From Utricularia gibba (Eukaryota > Plantae > Magnoliophyta): 18,535 bases of DNA. Every line of letters begins with the position of its first letter. Within the stretch, counting starts at the first letter, position 1. The stretch covers positions 1 through 18,535 of the forward strand of contig NEEC01000375.1 of NCBI GenBank assembly GCA_002189035.1. Direction: 5' to 3'. The notes beneath the pieces were generated by a model, which was not told the origin of the DNA, did no database searches, and worked only from the letters and a program-made list of their open reading frames with translations. The translations under genes were made by a program, and so were the position numbers. This document shows, in pieces, positions 1 through 8,600 of the stretch.

Positions 1-3000
1 ATCGCAATTTAAACAAATGCAACATTGTATTCATCGATTTGCATCCTTTTGTCCTCATGAGCCATAAAGAATCGCGGGCCGGACCAAGTTCCTAGCGAGA
101 CTGGCCGCCACAAAACGAGAAGCTGTTCCTTGAAAAACCATGTAGGCAACACCGAAAACCGAACGTTAATAAATACATCACTTTCTTTGCCGGGCTACAA
201 CTTACTTTGGGCCAAGGCCTAAGCTGACTTTTTCCGGTTCCAAGTGCCCCAAAGACCGCCTCCTCATGTATAAAGTAGTTGTTAAAAAAATCATGTGGGG
301 TGCACGTGACATCGTAATTTAAACAAATGCATCATTTTTTTAATCGATTTGCATCCAGTTGACCTCATGAGCCATACAGAATCGGGGTCAAGGACCAAGT
401 TCCCAGCGAGACTGGCCGCCACAAACGAGAAGCGGTTCCTTGAAAAACCATGTAGGCAGCCCCGAAAACCGAACGATAATAAATACATCACTTTATTTGC
501 CGGACTACAACTAACTCTCGTGCAAGCCAAAACTTACCTTTGTCCCGTTCCAGGTGCACCCAAAGACCGCCTGCTCAAGTATAAAGTAAGTTGTTGAAAA
601 AATCATGTGGGGTGCACGTGATATCGCAATTTAAACAAATGCAACATTTTTTTTCATCGATTTGCATCCTTTTGTCCTCATGAGCCATAAAGAATCGCGG
701 GCCCGGACCAAGTTCCTAGCGAGACTGGCCGCCACAAAACGAGAAGCTGTTCCTTGAAAAACCATGTAGGCAACACCGAAAACCGAACGTTAATAAATAC
801 ATCACTTTCTTTGCCGGGCTACAACTTACTTTGGGCCAAGGCCTAAGCTGATCTTTTTCCGGTTCCAAGTGCCCCAAGACCGCCTCTCAGTATAAAGTAA
901 GTTGTTAAAAAAATCATGTGGGGTGCACGTGACATCGTAATTTAAACAAATGGATCATTTTTTTTAATCGATTTGCATCCAGTTGACCTCATGAGCCATA
1001 CAGAATCGGGGTCAAGGACCAAGTTCCCAGCGAGACTGGCCGCCACAAAACGAGAAGCGGTTCCTTGAAAAACCATGTAGGCAGCCCCCGAAAACCGAAC
1101 GATAATAAATACATCACTTTATTTGCCGGACTACAACTAACTCTCGTGCAAGCCAAACCTTACCTTTGTCCCGTTCCAGGTGCACCCAAAGACCGCCTGC
1201 TCAAGTATAAAGTAAGTTGTTGAAAAAATCATGTGGGGTGCACGTGATATCGCAATTTAAACAAATGCAACATTGTATTCATCGATTTGCATCCTTTTGT
1301 CCTCATGAGCCATAAAGAATCGCGGGCCCGGACCAAGTTCCTAGCGAGACTGGCCGCCACAAAACGAGAAGCTGTTCCTTGAAAAACCATGTAGGCAACA
1401 CCGAAAACCGAACGTTAATAAATACATCACTTTCTTTGCCGGGCTACAACTTACTTTGGGCCAAGGCCTAAGCTGATCTTTTTCCGGTTCCAAGTGCACC
1501 CAAAGACCGCCTTCTCATGTATAAAGTAAGTTGTTGAAAAAATCATGTGGGGTGCACGTGACATCATAATTTAAACAAATGGATCATTTTTTTTAATCGA
1601 TTTGCATCCAGTTGACCTCATGAGCCATACAGAATCGGGGTCAAGGACCAAGTTCCCAGCGAGACTGGCCGCCACAAAACGAGAAGCGGTTCCTTGAAAA
1701 ACCATGTAGGCAGCCCCCGAAAACCGAACGATAATAAATACATCACTTTATTTGCCGGACTACAACTAACTCTCGGTGCAAGCCAAACCTTTTTGTCCCG
1801 TTCCAGGTGCACCCAAAGACCGCCTGCTCAAGTATAAAGTAAGTTGTTGAAAAAATCATGTGGGGTGCACGTGATATCGCAATTTAAACAAATGCAACAT
1901 TGTATTCATCGATTTGCATCCTTTTGTCCTCATGAGCCATAAAGAATCGCGGGCCCGGACCAAGTTCCTAGCGAGACTGGCCGCCACAAAACGAGAAGCT
2001 GTTCCTTGAAAAACCATGTAGGCAACACCGAAAACCGAACGTTAATAAATACATCACTTTCTTTGCCGGGCTACAACTTACTTTGGGCCAAGGCCTAAGC
2101 TGATCTTTTTCCGGTTCCAAGTGCACCCAAAGACCGCCTTCTCAAGTATAAAGTAAGTTGTTGAAAAAATCATGTGGGGTGCACGTGACATCATAATTTA
2201 AACAAATGGATCATTTTTTTTAATCGATTTGCATCCAGTTGACCTCATGAGCCATACAGAATCGGGGTCAAGGACAAGTTCCCAGCGAGACTGGCCGCCA
2301 CAAAACGAGAAGCGGTTCCTTGAAAAACCATGTAGGCAGCCCCCGAAAACCGAACGATAATAAATACATCACTTTATTTGCCGGACTACAACTAACTCTC
2401 GGTGCAAGCCAAACCTTACCTTTGTCCCGTTCCAGGTGCACCCAAAGACCGCCTGCTCAAGTATAAAGTAATTGTTGAAAAAATCATGTGGGTGCACGTG
2501 ATATCGCAATTTAAACAAATGCAACATTGTATTCATCGATTTGCATCCTTTTGTCCTCATGAGCCATAAAGAATCGCGGGCCCGGACCAAGTTCCTAGCG
2601 AGACTGGCCGCCACAAAACGAGAAGCTGTTCCTTGAAAAACCATGTAGGCAACACCGAAAACCGAACGTTAATAAATACATCACTTTCTTTGCCGGGCTA
2701 CAACTTACTTTGGGCCAAGGCCTAAGCTGATCTTTTTCCGGTTCCAAGTGCCCCCAAAGACCGCCTTCTCAAGTATAAAGTAAGTTGTTGAAAAAATCAT
2801 GTGGGGTGCACGTGACATCGTAATTTAAACAAATGGATCATTTTTTTTAATCGATTTGCATCCAGTTGACCTCATGAGCCATACAGAATCGGGGTCAAGG
2901 ACCAAGTTCCCAGCGAGACTGGCCGCCACAAAACGAGAAGCGGTTCCTTGAAAAACCATGTAGGCAGCCCCCGAAAACCGAACGATAATAAATACATCAC

Positions 3001-3954
3001 TTTATTTGCCGGACTACAACTAACTCTCGGTGCAAGCCAAACCTTACCTTTGTCCCGTTCCAGGTGCACCCAAAGACCGCCTGCTCAAGTATAAAGTAAG
3101 TTGTTGAAAAAATCATGTGGGGTGCACGTGATATCGCAATTTAAACAAATGCAACATTGTATTCATCGATTTGCATCCTTTTGTCCTCATGAGCCATAAA
3201 GAATCGGGGCCCGGACCAAGTTCCTAGCGAGACTGGCCGCCACAAAACGAGAAGCTGTTCCTTGAAAAACCATGTAGGCAACACCGAAAACCGAACGTTA
3301 ATAAATACATCACTTTCTTTGCCGGGCTACAACTTACTTTGGGCCAAGGCCTAAGCTGATCTTTTTCCGGTTCCAAGTGCACCCAAGACCGCCTTCTCAA
3401 GTATAAAGTAAGTTGTTAAAAAAATCATGTGGGGTGCACGTGACATCGTAATTTAAACAAATGGATCATTTTTTTTAATCGATTTGCATCCAGTTGACCT
3501 CATGAGCCATACAGAATCGGGGTCAAGGACCAAGTTCCCAGCGAGACTGGCCGCACAAAACGAGAAGCGGTTCCTTGAAAAACCATGTAGGCAGCCCCCG
3601 AAACCGAACGATAATAAATACATCACTTTATTTGCCGGACTACAACTAACTCTCGTGCAAGCCAAACCTTACCTTTGTCCCGTTCCAGGTGCACCCAAAG
3701 ACCGCCTGCTCAAGTATAAAGTAAGTTGTTGAAAAAATCATGTGGGGTGCACGTGATATCGCAATTTAAACAAATGCAACATTGTATTCATCGATTTGCA
3801 TCCTTTTGTCCTCATGAGCCATAAAGAATCGCGGGCCCGGACCAAGTTCCTAGCGAGACTGGCCGCCACAAAACGAGAAGCTGTTCCTTGAAAAACCATG
3901 TAGGCAACACCGAAAACCGAACGTTAATAAATACATCACTTTCTTTGCCGGGCT

Positions 3955-4043
3955 ACAACTTACTTTGGGCCAAGGCCTAAGCTGATCTTTTTCCGGTTCC
4001 AAGTGCACCCAAAGACCGCCTTCTCAAGTATAAAGTAAGTTGT
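3955..4043. repeat. 12-bp perfect inverted repeat with 65-nt spacer inside the A monomer (example copy; recurs in intact A copies)
   Basis: ACAACTTACTTT (3955-3966) is the exact reverse complement of AAAGTAAGTTGT (4032-4043). In B the left arm reads ACAACTAACTCT (10/12). Confidence 0.9.
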
Positions 4044-4050
4044 TGAAAAA

Positions 4051-4071
4051 ATCATGTGGGGTGCACGTGAC
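4051..4071. other. Junction motif with two inverted E-box-type words, ATCATGTG-GGGTG-CACGTGA(C/T), at essentially every monomer end (example copy); function unknown
   Basis: Read directly from the sequence. It lies at the end of the 48-bp block that is identical between A and B. Protein binding is not shown. Confidence 0.6.
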
Positions 4072-5329
4072 ATCATAATTTAAACAAATGGATCATTTTT
4101 TTTAATCGATTTGCATCCAGTTGACCTCATGAGCCATACAGAATCGGGGTCAAGGACCAAGTTCCCAGCGAGACTGGCCGCCCAAAAACGAGAAGCGGTT
4201 CCTTGAAAAACCATGTAGGCAGCCCCCGAAAACCGAACGATAATAAATACATCACTTTATTTGCCGGACTACAACTAACTCTCGGTGCAAGCCAAACCTT
4301 ACCTTTGTCCCGTTCCAGGTGCACCCAAAGACCGCCTGCTCAAGTATAAAGTAAGTTGTTGAAAAAATCATGTGGGGTGCACGTGATATCGCAATTTAAA
4401 CAAATGCAACATTGTATTCATCGATTTGCATCCTTTTTGTCCTCATGAGCCATAAAGAATCGCGGGCCCGGACCAAGTTCCTAGCGAGACTGGCCGCCAC
4501 AAAACGAGAAGCTGTTCCTTGAAAAACCATGTAGGCAACACCGAAAACCGAACGTTAATAAATACATCACTTTCTTTGCCGGGCTACAACTTACTTTGGG
4601 CCAAGGCCTAAGCTGACTTTTTCCGGTTCCAAGTGCACCCAAAGACCGCCTTCTCAAGTATAAAGTAAGTTGTTGAAAAAATCATGTGGGGTGCACGTGA
4701 CATCATAATTTAAACAAATGGATCATTTTTTTTAATCGATTTGCATCCAGTTGACCTCATGAGCCATACAGAATCGGGGTCAAGGACCAAGTTCCCAGCG
4801 AGACTGGCCGCCACAAAACGAGAAGCGGTTCCTTGAAAAACCATGTAGGCAGCCCCCGAAAACCGAACGATAATAAATACATCACTTTATTTGCCGGACT
4901 ACAACTAACTCTCGTGCAAGCCAAACCTTACCTTTGTCCCGTTCCAGGTGCACCCAAAGACCGCCTGCTCAAGTATAAAGTAAGTTGTTGAAAAAATCAT
5001 GTGGGGTGCACGTGATATCGCAATTTAAACAAATGCAACATTGTATTCATCGATTTGCATCCTTTTGTCCTCATGAGCCATAAAGAATCGCGGGCCCGGA
5101 CCAAGTTCCTAGCGAGACTGGCCGCCACAAAACGAGAAGCTGTTCCTTGAAAAACCATGTAGGCAACACGAAAACCGAACGTTAATAAATACATCACTTT
5201 CTTTGCCGGGCTACAACTTACTTTGGGCCAAGGCCTAAGCTGATCTTTTTCCGGTTCCAAGTGCACCCAAAGACCGCCTTCTCAAGTATAAAGTAAGTTG
5301 TTGAAAAAATCATGTGGGGTGCACGTGAC

Positions 5330-5645
5330 ATCATAATTTAAACAAATGGATCATTTTTTTTAATCGATTTGCATCCAGTTGACCTCATGAGCCATACAGA
5401 ATCGGGGTCAAGGACCAAGTTCCCAGCGAGACTGGCCGCCACAAAACGAGAAGCGGTTCCTTGAAAAACCATGTAGGCAGCCCCCGAAAACCGAACGATA
5501 ATAAATACATCACTTTATTTGCCGGACTACAACTAACTCTCGGTGCAAGCCAAACCTTACCTTTGTCCCGTTCCAGGTGCACCCAAAGACCGCCTGCTCA
5601 AGTATAAAGTAAGTTGTTGAAAAAATCATGTGGGGTGCACGTGAT
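5330..5645 (+). repeat. Representative consensus-length B monomer (316 bp)
   Basis: Starts ATCATAATTTAAACAAATGGATCA(T8)AATCG. B-diagnostic words: CCAGTTGACC, GGGGTCAAGG, TTCCCAGC, AAGCGGTT, GGCAGCCCCCG, CGATAAT, CTCTCGGTGCAAGCCAAACCTTACC, GCCTGCTC; ends CACGTGAT. The B-to-A junction creates one EcoRV site (GATATC) per dimer. Confidence 0.97.
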
Positions 5646-8600
5646 ATCGCAATTTAAACAAATGCAACATTGTATTCATCGATTTGCATCCTTTTGTCCT
5701 CATGAGCCATAAAGAATCGCGGGCCCGGACCAAGTTCCTAGCGAGACTGGCCGCCACAAAACGAGAAGCTGTTCCTTGAAAAACCATGTAGGCAACACCG
5801 AAAACCGAACGTTAATAAATACATCACTTTCTTTGCCGGGCTACAACTTACTTTGGGCCAAGGCCTAAGCTGATCTTTTTCCGGTTCCAAGTGCACCCAA
5901 AGACCGCCTTCTCAAGTATAAAGTAAGTTGTTGAAAAAATCATGTGGGGTGCACGTGACATCATAATTTAAACAAATGGATCATTTTTTTTAATCGATTT
6001 GCATCCAGTTGACCTCATGAGCCATACAGAATCGGGGTCAAGGACCAAGTTCCCAGCGAGACTGGCCGCCACAAACGAGAAGCGGTTCCTTGAAAAACCA
6101 TGTAGGCAGCCCCCGAAAACCGAACGATAATAAATACATCACTTTATTTGCCGGACTACAACTAACTCTCGGTGCAAGCCAAACCTTACCTTTGTCCCGT
6201 TCCAGGTGCACCCAAAGACCGCCTGCTCAAGTATAAAGTAAGTTGTTGAAAAAATCATGTGGGGTGCACGTGATATCGCAATTTAAACAAATGCAACATT
6301 GTATTCATCGATTTGCATCCTTTTGTCCTCATGAGCCATAAAGAATCGCGGGCCCGGACCAAGTTCCTAGCGAGACTGGCCGCCACAAAACGAGAAGCTG
6401 TTCCTTGAAAAACCATGTAGGCAACACCGAAAACCGAACGTTAATAAATACATCACTTTCTTGCCGGGCTACAACTTACTTTGGGCCAAGGCCTAAGCTG
6501 ATCTTTTTCCGGTTCCAAGTGCACCCAAAGACCGCCTTCTCAAGTATAAAGTAAGTTGTTGAAAAATCATGTGGGGTGCACGTGACATCATAATTAAACA
6601 AATGGATCATTTTTTTTAATCGATTTGCATCCAGTTGACCTCATGAGCCATACAGAATCGGGGTCAAGGACCAAGTTCCCAGCGAGACTGGCCGCCACAA
6701 AACGAGAAGCGGTTCCTGAAAAACCATGTAGGCAGCCCCCGAAAACCGAACGATAAAATACATCACTTTATTTGCCGGACTACAACTAACTCTCGGTGCA
6801 AGCCAAACCTTACCTTTGTCCCGTTCCAGGTGCACCCAAAGACCGCCTGCTCAAGTATAAAGTAAGTTGTTGAAAAAATCATGTGGGGTGCACGTGATAT
6901 CGCAATTTAAACAAATGCAACATTGTATTCATCGATTTGCATCCTTTTGTCCTCATGAGCCATAAAGAATCGCGGGCCCGGACCAAGTTCCTAGCGAGAC
7001 TGGCCGCCACAAAACGAGAAGCTGTTCCTTGAAAAACCATGTAGGCAACACCGAAAACCGAACGTTAATAAATACATCACTTTCTTTGCCGGGCTACAAC
7101 TTACTTTGGGCCAAGGCCTAAGCTGATCTTTTTCCGGTTCCAAGTGCACCCAAAGACCGCCTTCTCAAGTATAAAGTAAGTTGTTGAAAAAATCATGTGG
7201 GGTGCACGTGACATCATAATTTAAACAAATGGATCATTTTTTTTAATCGATTTGCATCCAGTTGACCTCATGAGCCATACAGAATCGGGGTCAAGGACCA
7301 AGTTCCCAGCGAGACTGGCCGCCACAAACGAGAAGCGGTTCCTTGAAAAACCATAGGCAGCCCCCGAAAACCGAACGATAATAAATACATCACTTTATTT
7401 GCCGGACTACAACTAACTCTCGTGCAAGCCAAACCTTACCTTTGTCCCGTTCCAGGTGCACCCAAAGACCGCCTGCTCAAGTATAAAGTAAGTTGTTGAA
7501 AAAATCATGTGGGGTGCACGTGATATCGCAATTTAAACAAATGCAACATTGTATTCATCGATTTGCATCCTTTTGTCCTCATGAGCCATAAAGAATCGCG
7601 GGCCCGGACCAAGTTCCTAGCGAGACTGGCCGCCACAAAACGAGAAGCTGTTCCTTGAAAAACCATGTAGGCAACACCGAAAACCGAACGTTAATAAATA
7701 CATCACTTTCTTTGCCGGGCTACAACTTACTTTGGGCCAAGGCCTAAGCTGATCTTTTTCCGGTTCCAAGTGCCCCCAAGACCGCCTTCTCAGTATAAAG
7801 TAAGTTGTTGAAAAAATCATGTGGGGTGCACGTGACATCATAATTTAAACAAATGATCATTTTTTTTAATCGATTTGCATCCAGTTGACTCATGAGCCAT
7901 ACAGAATCGGGGTCAAGGACCAAGTTCCCAGCGAGACTGGCCGCCACAAAACGAGAAGCGGTTCCTTGAAAAACCATGTAGGCAGCCCCCGAAAACCGAA
8001 CGATAATAAATACATCACTTTATTTGCCGGACTACAACTAACTCTCGGTGCAAGCCAAACCTTACCTTTGTCCCGTTCCAGGTGCACCCAAAGACCGCCT
8101 GCTCAAGTATAAAGTAAGTTGTTGAAAAAATCATGTGGGGTGCACGTGATATCGCAATTTAAACAAATGCAACATTGTATTCATCGATTTGCATCCTTTT
8201 GTCCTCATGAGCCATAAAGAATCGCGGGCCCGGACCAAGTTCCTAGCGAGACTGGCCGCCACAAAACGAGAAGCTGTTCCTTGAAAAACCATGTAGGCAA
8301 CACCGAAAACCGAACGTTAATAAATACATCACTTTCTTTGCCGGGCTACAACTTACTTTGGGCCAAGGCCTAAGCTGATCTTTTTCCGGTTCCAAGTGCA
8401 CCCAAGACCGCCTTCTCAAGTATAAAGTAAGTTGTTGAAAAAATCATGTGGGGTGCACGTGACATCGTAATTTAAACAAATGGATCATTTTTTTTAATCG
8501 ATTTGCATCCAGTTGACCTCATGAGCCATACAGAATCGGGGTCAAGGACCAAGTTCCCAGCGAGACTGGCCGCCACAAACGAGAAGCGGTTCCTTGAAAA

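Larger units (their letters stand above)
3758..4071 (+). repeat. Representative consensus-length A monomer (314 bp)
   Basis: Starts ATCGCAATTTAAACAAATGCAACATTGTATTC. A-diagnostic words: CCTTTTGTCC, GCGGGCCCGG, TTCCTAGC, AAGCTGTT, GGCAACACCG, CGTTAAT, TTTGGGCCAAGGCCTAAGCTGATC, GCCTTCTC; ends CACGTGAC. A carries single ApaI (GGGCCC), StuI (AGGCCT) and AclI (AACGTT) sites that are absent from B. Confidence 0.97.

Noticed and set aside
1-3757. Possible larger period of four dimers (~2.5 kb): ATCGTA variants in B copies 1-2 and again in B copies 5-6
   Set aside because: The pattern does not continue (next occurrences at 8464, 12495 and 16844), and the linked A-end variants do not match copy for copy, so no regular higher period is supported.
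3851-3890. Pol III A-box-like TAGCGAGACTGG followed by GTTCC (tRNA or SINE-like promoter)
   Set aside because: The conserved AG of the A box is reversed to GA, GTTCC does not fit GTTCRA, the spacing is too short for a tRNA, and there is no cloverleaf.
4029-4040. TATAAA immediately followed by GTAAGT (TATA box and splice-donor words) in the conserved block
   Set aside because: These are isolated hexamers in an AT-rich stretch with no supporting gene structure. The GTAAGT is already accounted for as part of the 12-bp inverted-repeat arm.
4051-4160. Budding-yeast-type point centromere suggested by the CDEI-like RTCACGTG
   Set aside because: There is no adjacent ~80-bp tract of over 90% AT (CDEII) and no CDEIII. 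Only the 8-mer matches.
4225-4317. CENP-B-box-like words in B: CCCGAAAACCGAA (4225-4237) and TCCCGTTCCA (4308-4317)
   Set aside because: The reverse-strand CENP-B box needs CCCG and CGAA separated by 7 nt. The first word has a 5-nt gap and the second lacks CGAA altogether.
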